Source of the DNA: Ostreococcus lucimarinus
Taxonomy: Eukaryota
Direction: 5' to 3' (one strand)
NCBI GenBank assembly: GCA_000092065.1
Contig: CP000581.1
Length of the DNA: 64,000 nt
Made by a program: the position numbers and the translations under genes. The first letter of the stretch is position 1. Each line of letters begins with the position of its first letter. The notes under the pieces were generated by a model that saw only the letters and a program-made list of their open reading frames with translations, did not search any database and was not told where the DNA came from. Positions 51,382-61,680 of this stretch are shown one piece after another.

Positions 51382-52204
51382 CTAATCCATTCTGCTCTTT
51401 AACGTCCTGGTGAACGTCCCGTTGCCCTTGGTGACGACGGTCACGACTCCACCCCAACCGCTCAAACAATCTCTGTTCACGCCCGAGGTCAAGCAGTGCG
51501 AGATGACCTCGAACAACGCCTCGGGATCCAAGTCGCGCTTGTAAAACGACTCGCACACGCCGAAGAGCGACTCGACGTTGTCACCCGCGACGACGAAATC
51601 GTCCGTCGAGGCGTCGGCACCGATCAAATCCATGCTCGTGATGTACGGTTTACCATCTGCATCTAATCCGGCGACCACGGGTTCGGTGTAATACGGTGAG
51701 AATCGTTTCTCGTACAGCGTCGCGCTCACCACCGCGCCGAACACCTTCGGCGACATCACGCGGTTCTCCCGAAGTTCATACATGTCGTGCTTAAACTTTA
51801 ACTTTTGCGCCAGCGTGAGTTGATCGGCGATCAATCCCGTGAGTCCCAAGTACAACCGATCGTGGATCTTGTGCAACTTGGAGTAATCCACCGCCGCGGT
51901 TTGGTTTTGGTTGATGCCCAACCTGAGATCGGACGCGATCGCCACGCAATCCTTCCCCGTCATCGCTGCGTCGCGCGCCGCGCCGTGGTCGTTCGCGCGT
52001 CGTCAGTCACCGTTCATTCGCGTGCGTTCGCGCGTCGCGCGGCACCGTCGCGTCGCGCGTCGCATCGCGCGTCGCGTCGGACGTCGCGCGTCTTCGAATC
52101 GAACCCGCGTCGTCGTCGTCGTCGTCGTCGCGCGTCGTCGCCGTCGTCGTCGTCGTCGCGCACGCACCGATGACGGCGGCGCCGTTGTAGCTCATGATGC
52201 TCAT
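51382..52204 (-). CDS. PSMB3: Proteasome subunit β type-3 (PSMB3/PBC1), 2 exons: 52204..52168 and 51965..51382, intron 51966..52167
   Basis: Exon 1 reads [12 protein letters not shown] + 1 nt, then |gtgcgtgcg. Acceptor …gacgcag| precedes cg ATG ACG… giving …[22 protein letters not shown]…, matching human PSMB3 [31 protein letters not shown] almost residue-for-residue, through to …TRTLKSRMD. Confidence 0.85.
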
Positions 52205-52898
52205 CGCGCCCGTCCGTGCGCCCGCGCGGCGTCGCCGAGCGTCGCGCGTCGTCGTGTGCGGCGGTCGGCGGTCAACCACCGCACTCGTCCTCGCGCGTCG
52301 CCGTCGCGCGCGCGCATGCTTCGCCGCGCGTCGCGCGCGCTCGCGTCCCCGTCGCGCCTCGCCGCCGTCGTCGCCGCCGCGCGCCGTCGCCGCGCGCGCC
52401 CGTCGTCGTCGTCGCCGCCGTCGCCGTCGTCGTCGTCGACGTCTTCTCGCGACGCCGACGTCGACGCCGCGCCCACCGGCGCGGACGGCGCGTCGCGCGC
52501 GCCTCGACCGCGCGCGCGCGTCGACGTCGCCGACCTCCCGCGCGCGCGCGCGACCGACGCCGACGCCGAGACGACCGACGTCGACGCCGACGCCGACGCC
52601 GACGCGCTCGCCGCGAAGCGCCGCGCGTTCCACGCCGCGCGCGGCGTCGACGTCGCCGAGCACGGCGGCCCGCGCGGGCTGGAGCCGACGCGGTACGGCG
52701 ATTGGGAGCGCGGCGGGCGCGCGAGCGACTTTTAGCGCGCGCGACGACGCGCCGGCGCGCGAGATTGGATTTGAAACGTTCGTAATCTCGCATCCGACGT
52801 GGCGCGGGCGATCGAACGATCGGTCGCGAGAGCGCGACGCGCGCGCGATCGAACGATCGTCGACGCGCGAGGACGCCGAGGAGGACGACGCGAACGCG

Positions 52899-54473
52899 AT
52901 GCGTCGCGTGACGGCGATCGCGCGGGCGCGCGGCGCGCGACGCGCGGTGGAACGCGCGCGATGCGCGCGCGGAGGGGTGGTAACGGTTGGCGCGACGCCG
53001 CGCGTCGCGGGGGCGCGGAGCGACGCGATGGCGCGCGCGGTAGGGACGCGAACGCGGGCGTCGAGCTCGACGACGGAGGCGCGAGAGAATTTGGGGTTCG
53101 CCGCGCACGGATTGCTGGCGGAGACGGCGGTGTTCGCGCCGATGGATGTGCCGTCGACGGGGGGGACGCGCGCGGGGGCGAACGACGGCGCGGGGGGGGA
53201 GCGAACGTCGTACGCGGTCGATGATTTACCGACGCCGAAGGAGATGGTTCGAGTGTTGGATGAGTACATCGTCGGACAAGCGCACGCGAAGAAGGTGCTG
53301 TCGGTGGCGGTGTATAATCACTATAAGCGCGTAGGGGCGGAGGGCGAACGACGAGCGCGAGAGGCGAGCGCGGCGTTCGCGCAACGACTCGACGAAGAAG
53401 ACGGTGCTTTTGAGGATGAAAATGTAGTGGATGAAAATTCGCTCGATGATGTGACGTTGGAGAAGTCAAATATTTTACTGTGTGGACCGACGGGAAGCGG
53501 AAAGACGCTCTTGGCGAAGACGCTAGCGAAATTCGCCAACGTGCCTTTCGCCATCGCGGATTCGACTACTTTGACTCAGGCCGGTTACGTCGGCGAAGAC
53601 GTGGAGTCCATCTTGCACAAGCTCTTGCAGAACGCGAACTACGACGTTCAGGCAGCGCAGCGCGGCATCGTGTACATTGATGAAATCGACAAGTTGTCTC
53701 GCAAGAGCGACAACGTGAGCATCACGCGAGACGTCTCAGGCGAGGGCGTTCAGCAAGCCCTTTTGAAGATGGTTGAGGGCACGACGGTGAACGTACCGGA
53801 AAAGGGCGGTCGAAAGAACCCGAACTCGCAGTTTGTCCAGCTCGATACGACAAACATTCTTTTCATCTGCGGCGGCGCGTTCACGGGTTTGGAGAGCGTC
53901 ATCCAACAGCGTCTGTCCAAAAGCTCCATCGGTTTCGGTAAACCTGTGATCGCGCGAGATGAGCCAAACAGTAAGCAGGCGGTAGAAGCGGCGGCGAAAG
54001 CCTTGCAAGAGGTGGAGACTGGAGACATAGTCTCTTACGGTTTGATCCCAGAATTTGTCGGACGCTTTCCGGTGTGCGTACCGCTGTCCGCCCTGGGCGA
54101 AAAAGAGCTCGTGGATATCTTGACGAAACCTCGCGACGCAGTGGGCAAGCAGTATCAACGCCTTCTCGAAATGCACGGTGCCGACCTGACGTACACCGAC
54201 GAAGCGCTTTCACTCATCGCACGTGCCGCCGTCAAGCGAGGCACGGGCGCCCGCGGGTTGCGAACGCTTCTCGAGCGTTTGCTCACCGACGCCATGTTTG
54301 AAGTTCCCGACGATCCGACGGTTTCTGAAGTTCTTATCGATGGAGAGAGCGCGGAAGCAGGTCTGGCGCGACGCGGCGTGGCGGGTGCGAAACTCATCAG
54401 ATCGAAAGCGCGAAAATTTAAGGCGAAGAAGGGCTCGGCGAAGGACGAAGAAGGTTCCGCGGCTGAGGCATAA
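52899..54473 (+). CDS. clpX: ATP-dependent Clp protease ATP-binding subunit ClpX (organellar), apparently lacking the N-terminal C4 zinc-finger domain
   Basis: [30 protein letters not shown]…[44 protein letters not shown]…[11 protein letters not shown]…GFVQL…ICGGAF…[11 protein letters not shown]…GARGLR. Start taken at [12 protein letters not shown] (52899; presequence-like); the 5' 700 bp of the track ORF is R/P-rich noncoding. Confidence 0.8.
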   Translation: MRRVTAIARARGARRAVERARCARGGVVTVGATPRVAGARSDAMARAVGTRTRASSSTTEARENLGFAAHGLLAETAVFAPMDVPSTGGTRAGANDGAGGERTSYAVDDLPTPKEMVRVLDEYIVGQAHAKKVLSVAVYNHYKRVGAEGERRAREASAAFAQRLDEEDGAFEDENVVDENSLDDVTLEKSNILLCGPTGSGKTLLAKTLAKFANVPFAIADSTTLTQAGYVGEDVESILHKLLQNANYDVQAAQRGIVYIDEIDKLSRKSDNVSITRDVSGEGVQQALLKMVEGTTVNVPEKGGRKNPNSQFVQLDTTNILFICGGAFTGLESVIQQRLSKSSIGFGKPVIARDEPNSKQAVEAAAKALQEVETGDIVSYGLIPEFVGRFPVCVPLSALGEKELVDILTKPRDAVGKQYQRLLEMHGADLTYTDEALSLIARAAVKRGTGARGLRTLLERLLTDAMFEVPDDPTVSEVLIDGESAEAGLARRGVAGAKLIRSKARKFKAKKGSAKDEEGSAAEA

Positions 54474-54631
54474 CGCCAATGTACACACGTTTGTTTTAAG
54501 TTTGTTTACATCAATATGTAATTTTACGAATGTTACAGCATCTATATATATATGCGATGACAGAAAATGTGCTTGGAGCGCGCTTGGAATGCATAGAATG
54601 CGCCAGCTGCTCGGCGAAGAACGCGCCAGCC

Positions 54632-55645
54632 TCAGCGAGTCTTCGACTTTGATCTCGAATTTGATAGTGAGTCCCTGCAGGCGAGGTAACCGTACATCCA
54701 TGGCATGGCGAGTGTCATCTTGATGAACAAGTGATTGCACCACTGTCTGTCCACGATACCATCTCGTAACAATGTGTAGGCGTTCTCTTGCCAGAACATC
54801 ACCCCCATGCAAAGCGGTTCAAGGACCGCACCGTGCAGCAAGCAGTACTTTGCCTGCAAGTTCGGCGGGAACGACGCCATGGCCACCGCAAGGCCGATGA
54901 TACACGATAGGATGCCGATTGCTAGATGATTTACCATCGCGTACTCGAATCGAGTACCGACTTTGAAATAGTACAGAAGCACCGGATCGCCGAACGCGAA
55001 TGTCGCCCCGTACAGCGCCAACAGAACCCAGTTGAAAAGCATCACCGTATGCGCCGTATTTCGCGGCTTATAAAACGGTCTCACGCGAGGAATCCCTGAA
55101 GACGTCGTCACGCAAAACACTACCGCCAGTCCAAACGAAATCATGAGCGACGACTGACGATAGAAATCCACCAACGTCGCGTTCCCCCGTCCCTGCCCTC
55201 GCCCTTGCGCCCCCTCGAACATCAACAACCCGATCCGCAAATAATTCGCGACCGCCGCGCGATGCACCCACTTCATTCGCACCGCCTCATCGCCCCACCG
55301 AATCACCATCAAAGTCTCTAACACCTCTCTAAAATGCATCACCGTGCACCACATGGACATCGAAAAGAATTCCCTCGTCGCGTTTTCCGCGTTGAAAAGC
55401 CGCTGTCCCGCGTCTTTACCGAACCACGCGAACGGCGCTCCGCACAGCATCTGCGCGAGCGCGAACGCGATGCAGCACCACAGCGCGGGTTTCGTGCCGA
55501 AGAGCGCGCTCGCGATCGCACCGCGCGGCGTCGTTCGTCCAATTCTTCGTCCATCGCGGTCCCTCGTCCGACCGCTCGCGCTCGTCGTCGCCGTCGCGCG
55601 ATCGCGCGCGCTGTCGCTCGCGGTCGTGCTGCTCGCGCGCGTCAT
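54632..55645 (-). CDS. Multi-pass membrane protein of unknown function
   Basis: About 8 predicted TM helices (…LWCCIAFALAQMLCG…, …LMISFGLAVVFCVTT…, …VMLFNWVLLALYGATFAF…, …LAIGILSCIIGLAVAM…, …LLHGAVLEPLCMGVMFW…). No family assigned from sequence alone. Confidence 0.4.
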   Translation of the reverse strand: MTRASSTTASDSARDRATATTSASGRTRDRDGRRIGRTTPRGAIASALFGTKPALWCCIAFALAQMLCGAPFAWFGKDAGQRLFNAENATREFFSMSMWCTVMHFREVLETLMVIRWGDEAVRMKWVHRAAVANYLRIGLLMFEGAQGRGQGRGNATLVDFYRQSSLMISFGLAVVFCVTTSSGIPRVRPFYKPRNTAHTVMLFNWVLLALYGATFAFGDPVLLYYFKVGTRFEYAMVNHLAIGILSCIIGLAVAMASFPPNLQAKYCLLHGAVLEPLCMGVMFWQENAYTLLRDGIVDRQWCNHLFIKMTLAMPWMYGYLACRDSLSNSRSKSKTR

Positions 55646-55853
55646 GTCGCGCGCGCGTCGCCGGACGACGTGGCGATCCGTCGCGCGCGCGGTGTGGTCG
55701 CGCGCGCGATGTGACGATCGCGTCAGGTTTTCGCGCGCGTCATCGCGTCGTCGCGCGGCAGTGCGCGACGCGCGCGAGCGGCACGACCGCGCGCGGCGAG
55801 CGAGGGCGCGCGCGCGAGCGTCGGCGACGCGCGGGCGACGCGCGGGCGACGGG

Positions 55854-56413
55854 ATGGTGCTGTACGACGCGATGATCGTCGTGAGCGCCAAGGTGCCGAA
55901 GACGGCGTGCGCGGACGTGCTGCGACGACTCGGCGCGAGCGTCATGGACGCGGGCGGGGTGGTGACGAACGTGGCGTCGTACGGCGCGCGGACGCTGGCG
56001 TACGAGTTTCGTCGACCGGGGGAGAAACACTTCGAGGTGCGGCGACGGAGGAGCGAACGATCGCGGGGGTTTGCCAGACGAGACGCGAACGCGAACCGAA
56101 CGAGGACGTCGTCGACGCGCGCGTGCGAGCATCGATGATGGCGCGGCGCGGTGATGATGAATGCGATGAAGGATGGCGACTGACGGCGAGGCGTGAGCGG
56201 CGATCGGACGCGCAGGCACAGTTTGTGAAGATGTCGTTTAACGCGCCGCCGACCCTCGTGGCGGAGGCGGAGCGCACGCTGCGCATCGACGAACGGGTCT
56301 TGCGGTGGGTGATCACGAAAAAGCGCGCTATGAGGCGATTGAATGATTATAAGGCGCACGATCCGAGGAATCCGAACGCGATGCAGAGTTATGATGGGCG
56401 GAAGCCGTCCTGA
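55854..56413 (+). CDS. rps6: Organellar ribosomal protein bS6, 2 exons: 55854..56036 and ~56216..56413
   Basis: Exon 1 MVLYDAMIVVSAKVPKTACADVLRRLGASVMDAGGVVTNVASYGARTLAYEFRRPGEKHFE|gtgcgg. Exon 2 (acceptor cgcag| at 56215, or cacag| at 56221) reads (AQ)FVKMSFNAPPTLVAEAERTLRIDERVLRWVITKKRAM…. This is the bS6 pattern (…RRLAY.I…H..Y.L..FEA.P..I.EL...LR.DE.VLR). Confidence 0.65.
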
Positions 56414-57294
56414 GGGGCTCGAGAGGTGCGGCGGCGCTACGCGTTTGATTTTTTCGTCGACGGAACCGAGCGCGATCGACGATACCCGCGTGAGCTGTTC
56501 GTGAAACACGCGTTCACTCTGCGGATGACGATCAAAATTTAGTTATCCCTGTCTTACTCGCCGTGGCCGGCGTCGTATGATGATTAAGTTATTAGCTCTA
56601 GCCGACGCACGAGCGGCGCGGAGCGAATAGCGATCGCGGGACTGTCGACGAGCGCGCTTGGTTCTCTTTTTTCTCTCTTTTTTGCGTCCAGTCACACACG
56701 TTTGCCGATGAGGATGAAATCTTATCTTAGCGGATTTCTCTGATTTTTCGTGAGGAAATTCAAGACAACTGTTACACAACGCCAAGGCAATGGGTTTTCT
56801 CGACTCGACGGCGTGTCAGGAAGAACGTGGACGATGATAATCTACATATTCGGATTCCCTCAGAGCATGAGCAGTGATCGAGCATGTAACAACCTGACAC
56901 GTTTTCCTGTCACTTGTTTTTGGAGATGACGAACGATGAGCGAGGGAGAGTCTCTGATGATGAAGACAGCAAGGGCGTTTCTCAAAGAAACCATTCGCAG
57001 TGCCCGAACTCTAGAGTTTTCGCTACCGATTCGTCGGATGCCTAGCTTGAGAACTAGTGCAGGCCCCACCTTCCTTGGATGTCTGAGGAGACGAACTTCG
57101 CTCATCGTTTTGCCAAGTCAAACTAGAATCAAAGTTCTTCGTCGGCTTGAAGTTTTCGTGTTCTGACGCGTCGCGTGACTTTTTTCGCCTTTGCAGGAAT
57201 GTTTAGCAGGTACATTTAGGTGCCGTGTAGTAGCGATTGATGAATAAATGTAGTTTAAAAAGAAGTTAAAGAATAAGAAACGAGGCTTCCGCGC
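56414..57294. other. GC-poor (~45-50 % GC) ORF-free island between two convergent genes; unusually long for this locus
   Basis: Every other convergent spacer in the window is 18-160 bp; this one is ~880 bp and visibly AT-richer than its flanks. It contains UGAUGA…CUGA box-like strings (56957-56962 and 57163-57166) and an AUUUUUCG motif (56745). Confidence 0.5.
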
Positions 57295-58218
57295 TCACCA
57301 GTCGATCTTCTCGCCCGCGTAATCGTACAAGTTACCGCTGTGCTCGAGCGTGGCGCCGCCGATGACTTCGAGCAATCTCGTCACGGCGTATTCCGGAGTG
57401 AAAAGTTTGTCCGCCGGCACGTTCTTCTTGAACGGCTCGCTGAGCTTCGTGTCGACCGTTCCCGGGTGCACGCACATCGCGATGATGGGATGTTTCTTGC
57501 GCGCAAACTCGATGGAACAATTTCTCGTCAACTGATTCAACGCCGTCTTCGACGCTCTGTACGAATGCCAACCGCCCAAGGCGTTATCACCGATACTACT
57601 GACGCGCGCGCTCCAATTCGCGATCACCGGCACGTGTGCGTTACCGGCAAGATTCAACTCCGCCGTCTTCAGCATCAACGGCGAGAAATGTTTCATCATC
57701 ATCGTCGGGCCGAGCGCGTTGACGCGATACGACTCCACCATGTTCTCCGCCTCCGTCCTCGCGATCGAAGTCTCCGGCCGCATCTTCCCCTCGCTCAGCA
57801 CCGCGCTGACGTTCGCCATGAAGTCCAACCTCCCGAACTCTCTCTCGACCGTCGCCGCGGCGGCTTTCATCGACGCCTCGTCCTTGGCGTCCACGCGCAG
57901 CACGCGCAGCCGGTCGCCGTGCGCCTTTTGCAGCTCCTTCAGCCCATCGGCGTTGTCGGGATCTCGACACGTCGCCACGACGACGCCGCCGTGCGACTTA
58001 CCTCGAAAAACATCTCGATCCCGCTCGAGCATCTGCCGCGCCAGCTCGAGCCCGATCCCGCGCGACGCCCCCTGCACGAGCGTCGCGAAAGGCACCGGCG
58101 CGGTGACGTCGGTTCGACTCGCGAACGCTCGCACGGCGCGCATCTCGCGCGCGGACGCCGACGGACGCGCGGCGCGCATCGCGAGCGTCGACATCGCGCA
58201 CTTCATCGCGCTCGCCAT
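57295..58218 (-). CDS. Short-chain dehydrogenase/reductase (SDR) with N-terminal presequence
   Basis: TLVQGASRGIGLELARQ (the TGxxxGIG Rossmann motif)…NVSAV…YRASKTAL (the catalytic YxxxK)…HPGTVDT. Presequence MASAMKCAMSTLAMRAARPSASAREMRAVRAFAS. Confidence 0.7.
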   Translation of the reverse strand: MASAMKCAMSTLAMRAARPSASAREMRAVRAFASRTDVTAPVPFATLVQGASRGIGLELARQMLERDRDVFRGKSHGGVVVATCRDPDNADGLKELQKAHGDRLRVLRVDAKDEASMKAAAATVEREFGRLDFMANVSAVLSEGKMRPETSIARTEAENMVESYRVNALGPTMMMKHFSPLMLKTAELNLAGNAHVPVIANWSARVSSIGDNALGGWHSYRASKTALNQLTRNCSIEFARKKHPIIAMCVHPGTVDTKLSEPFKKNVPADKLFTPEYAVTRLLEVIGGATLEHSGNLYDYAGEKIDW

Positions 58219-58379
58219 GACGAAGACTCGCGCGCGACGATGTGACGGCGCGAGGTCGCGCGCCGGAGGGGCGCGCGAGAGAGGTCGGCGCGCGCGCTTC
58301 GATTCCGCCTCGACGACGACTTCGTGTTACATACAATCGACTAATCCCTCGCCGCGCGCGCGTTTTAACGCGCGCGCGC

Positions 58380-58823
58380 TCAATTCGCCTCGCTCGGCGT
58401 CTTCGTCTTGAGCTGTAGGGCGTGAATCGGGTTATCCATCTCCTCGCTGAGCGCGTCGTAAATCATGCGGTGTCGAAGCACCTGGCGCTTGCCCTCGAAC
58501 GCCTCGCTCACGATCTCCACCTTGAAGTGCGTCTCCGCGCTCGGGTCCCCGCGCGCGGGATTCCCGACGTGCCCGGCGTGCGCCGCGCTCTCGTCGATGA
58601 CGACGAGGGACGCGGGCGCGAGCGCGCGCGTGAGTTTTTGAGTGATGGCGGTGTACACGGGACGACCGACGTTCATCTTCGCCCCGGCGGTCTCTTGACA
58701 CGCGGAGCCGTCGGGTTGGACGTCGACGATCGTGGTCGTTCGACGCGCGCGGCTCGGAGCGCGGGCGCGGCCGGAAAGAAGCGGTGCGCGCGCGTGAACG
58801 ATGAGGGTCGCGGCGACGGGCAT
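58380..58823 (-). CDS. BolA-family protein (BolA1-like), with presequence
   Basis: LVVIDESAAHAGHVGN…ETHFKVEIVSEAFEGKRQVLRHRMIYDALSEEMDNPIHALQLKTKTPSE, the BolA helix-turn-helix signature. Confidence 0.7.
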   Translation of the reverse strand: MPVAATLIVHARAPLLSGRARAPSRARRTTTIVDVQPDGSACQETAGAKMNVGRPVYTAITQKLTRALAPASLVVIDESAAHAGHVGNPARGDPSAETHFKVEIVSEAFEGKRQVLRHRMIYDALSEEMDNPIHALQLKTKTPSEAN

Positions 58824-58997
58824 GAGCCGGCGAGGCGCGAAGTGCGGTGGAGGGCGCGCGAACGACCGCGCTCGCGGTCGCGGTCGCTGAGCTCGATTTC
58901 GCGTGGATGGCGTGGAAATGCATGGAAGTAGGCGTCGTATTTAAAGCGCGACGCTCGATCGCGCGCGTGATGGTCGTCAGAGCATCGACCGAAGCGG

Positions 58998-59703
58998 TCA
59001 AGCCTTCGTGTACATCTTCGCCAGGTCGTCGAGCGAGTGATCGAGATGGCAGCAAAAGTCGGTGTCGACGTTTTGTTTGCACTTCATCGCGTTTTGCATC
59101 ACCAAGTGGTGAATCTTGAGCGCGTCGACGTAATCCTCCGGCGACATCTCCGCCGCCTTGACGCGTTGGCAGAGACAATATTCGCCGATGAGGGCGATGA
59201 TCTTCCCGCAGTGTTCTTCCTTGGTCATCACCCACCGCATGGACTGGTTCAACTTCACCGGATCCGACAACCCACCGGCGAGCTCATTGATCTGCGTCAT
59301 GGCTTTTCGAATCGTCGCCGACATTTCGCGAAGACTCGCCACCATGGCGGGATCGTCGAAAATCCCGCACGGCACTTGACAGTGCCCACCGCGCACGCGC
59401 ACGCGCGCGTGCACGGTAGATTCGTTTTCGAGCGCCGCGTCGTCCCGCAGCACCGCGCCGCGCGCGTCGGTTAAGTAATCGAACGCCGCGCCTCGGCGTC
59501 GCAGCGCCGCGCGCGCCGACCCCGCCGTCGCCGCGTCCCTAACCACCAGCGTCTTTCCCTCCACTGCGCGCGCGCGCGTTCGAGCGTTTCGTCAGTCGCG
59601 CGCTCGCCGTCGTCGTTCGCGCCTTCGCCACGCGTCCCGCGCCGACGCGTCGATCGCGCGCGCGCGGCGCGCGACGCGCACCCGTGCGCGCGAAGATTTG
59701 CAT
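58998..59703 (-). CDS. sodN: Ubiquitin-like pro-domain fused to nickel superoxide dismutase (NiSOD, SodN), 2 exons: 59703..59682 and 59563..58998, intron 59564..59681
   Basis: Exon 1 reads ATG CAA ATC TTC GCG CGC ACG G|gtgcgc (MQIFART, phase 1). Acceptor …gcgcgcag| precedes TG GAG GGA AAG…, giving MQIFARTVEGKTLVVRD…LRDDAALENESTVHARVRVRGG. This is a degenerate ubiquitin (MQIFVKTLTGKTITLEV…[27 protein letters not shown]) ending in the RGG cleavage site. It is followed immediately by HCQVPCGIFDDP…, the NiSOD Ni-hook (HCDLPCGVYDPA), and the NiSOD four-helix bundle. The track ORF's 'M' is a GTG. Confidence 0.75.
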
Positions 59704-59775
59704 GTCGAGTCGATTCGTCGTAAAGTGACGCGACTTCGTCGTCGCGACTTCGACGCGCGTCCGAGGCGCGCGCGC

Positions 59776-61635
59776 ATGGCGTCGCGCGTCGCGGCGACGC
59801 CGGCGACGCCGCGCGTCGTCTCGCGGCGCGCGGCGCGCGAGACGCGCCGCGCGCGCGCGTCGGCGCGCGCGAACGCGGGGACATCGGCGCGCGACGACGA
59901 CGTCGACGACGCGGCGACGCTGCGCGCGCTCGCCGACGAGCCCGAATCGCCCAAGGACGAGCGCGCGTCGAAGCGAGCGCTGGAGATCGTGCGCGCGGCG
60001 CGAGCGTCGAAGTCCGCGCTCGGGAGCACGAGGGCGTGGAACTCTGCGCTGCGAGCGGTCGCGCGCGCGGCGAACGAAGACGACGGGAAGGCGCGCGTGC
60101 GCGAAGTGTGGGGGTACATGCGCGATGGGAAGGTGCGGTTGAATGATTTCACGCTCGGGGAGTTGGCGCGAGGATTGTGCCGAGCATCGCGGGACGTGCC
60201 GGAGACGCTGACGACGCTGCGGGAGGCGGTGTCGCTGGGGGCGACGATGAACTCGTACGCGCTCACGACGATGTTCGCGGCTTGTAAGCGAGAGCAATAC
60301 GCATATCGCAGGGCGAAGGGGAAGTGGGCGCGCGATGAGAATAAGAAGATGATTGAGACGTTGCAGGAGGTGTGGAATGCTGGTAGGGGATATCACAACG
60401 GGTACTCGCTCGCGAACGCGATGCGAACGTTTCAATTGTCCGATCGCGAGGATCTCGCTTTGGAGATATTCAAGGAAGGCGAGGTTAAAGTATTGGACGC
60501 GCACGCTCTGCGTTGCGCGTTGCAAAGTTACGCCGCGGTGGAGGGATTGAAGAGCGCGGACGAAATGTATCGTCGCGGCAAAAAGGAAGGCGTCGTCATC
60601 GACGTCGGACACGTCAACACTTTGCTTTACGCAGCGATGGAGTCGGGCGATCACGTATACGCGACGAAAATATTTGACGATATGGTTGCGGGCGCTGAAC
60701 CATCGCCAGACGTGCTGTCGTTGGTGTACGTGTTATCAGCGTGCGCCAAGGCGAAGGAAGCCGACGTCGCGATGGAGTACTTTGAGCGCGGGTTAAAGGC
60801 GGGAATCGACTACGATATCTCCACCATCGACGCCTTGTTAAAATCGTGCGCAAAATCTGGGCGTGCCGTTGACGCGCTGGAGGTGTTCATGGACGCGACG
60901 GCTCATGGTATCAAAGTGAGAGAGTCTACAATTACTCTTTTGCTCTCGGCGTACCAAGACATCGCCGCCCAGCCCGGGCAACTGGAACAGGCGCTGACGA
61001 TCGTGGACATGGGCTTGTTTTTGAACGTTGAGCCGACCGATCGCATGGTTAAGGCACTGCTCCGCTTGTGCGTTGCGGGTGACGATCTCGATCGGGGTCG
61101 CGAGGAACTTCGCAAGGCTTGCGAACGCGGTGTGCGTGTGACGTGCTCTGCATTGAGCATTCTAGCCGAGCCGTACGCGGCTCGCGGCGATATCGACGGT
61201 GCACTGGACGTTATTCGATCAGGTAAAGGCATGGGGATCGAACTGAAATCTGGCGTGTTCATACAATGCGTCTCAGCCCGGAAAGCCCGCGGTGACGGCG
61301 ACGGCGCGCTCGTCCTGTACAAAGCGTCCAGAGACGAGTTTGATGTCGAGCCGAGCGCCCGAATCATAAACGAGCTTTTTGACGCTCTCGGACGTAAGGG
61401 GATGTGGGAAGAAGCGCTTCGAATCCTTTCCGACGACGTGCTCTCCGTGGATGGCGTCGCGCGCGCCGGCTTTAGCGAAACGGCGGTATCCCATCTAGTT
61501 CGCGCCTTCATCAACGCGGGTGATCTCGAGCAAGGCGCCGCAGCGCTCGAGATTGGTAAAATGCTCACGAATTCCGCGAACAAACTCGCCGAAGAGCGTC
61601 TGCGCGCCGCACAGAAGCGGAAGCTCAAGAGATGA
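59776..61635 (+). CDS. PPR / TPR-like helical-repeat protein, organelle-targeted
   Basis: The presequence MASRVAATPATPRVVSRRAARETRRARAS is followed by ~35-aa helical repeats (…VNTLLYAAMESGDHVYATKIFDDM…, …LSLVYVLSACAKAKEADVAMEYFERGLKAGI…, …IDALLKSCAKSGRAVDALEVF…). Confidence 0.6.
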   Translation: MASRVAATPATPRVVSRRAARETRRARASARANAGTSARDDDVDDAATLRALADEPESPKDERASKRALEIVRAARASKSALGSTRAWNSALRAVARAANEDDGKARVREVWGYMRDGKVRLNDFTLGELARGLCRASRDVPETLTTLREAVSLGATMNSYALTTMFAACKREQYAYRRAKGKWARDENKKMIETLQEVWNAGRGYHNGYSLANAMRTFQLSDREDLALEIFKEGEVKVLDAHALRCALQSYAAVEGLKSADEMYRRGKKEGVVIDVGHVNTLLYAAMESGDHVYATKIFDDMVAGAEPSPDVLSLVYVLSACAKAKEADVAMEYFERGLKAGIDYDISTIDALLKSCAKSGRAVDALEVFMDATAHGIKVRESTITLLLSAYQDIAAQPGQLEQALTIVDMGLFLNVEPTDRMVKALLRLCVAGDDLDRGREELRKACERGVRVTCSALSILAEPYAARGDIDGALDVIRSGKGMGIELKSGVFIQCVSARKARGDGDGALVLYKASRDEFDVEPSARIINELFDALGRKGMWEEALRILSDDVLSVDGVARAGFSETAVSHLVRAFINAGDLEQGAAALEIGKMLTNSANKLAEERLRAAQKRKLKR

Positions 61636-61680
61636 CGAATTGACGCGACGCGAGGCGTTCGCGATTGTAAAATCAAAGCA

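Noticed and set aside
52194-52898. First ~235 codons of the ClpX-frame ORF (poly-R, PT-repeats)
   Set aside because: Low-complexity sequence overlapping PSMB3 exon 1 and open in all frames. ClpX most plausibly starts at 52899 or 53027.
56950-57170. C/D-box snoRNA (UGAUGA at 56957, CUGA at 57163)
   Set aside because: Box spacing (~210 nt) is long and I could not find a convincing terminal stem or D'/C' boxes. Kept only as a low-confidence remark within the AT-rich island finding.
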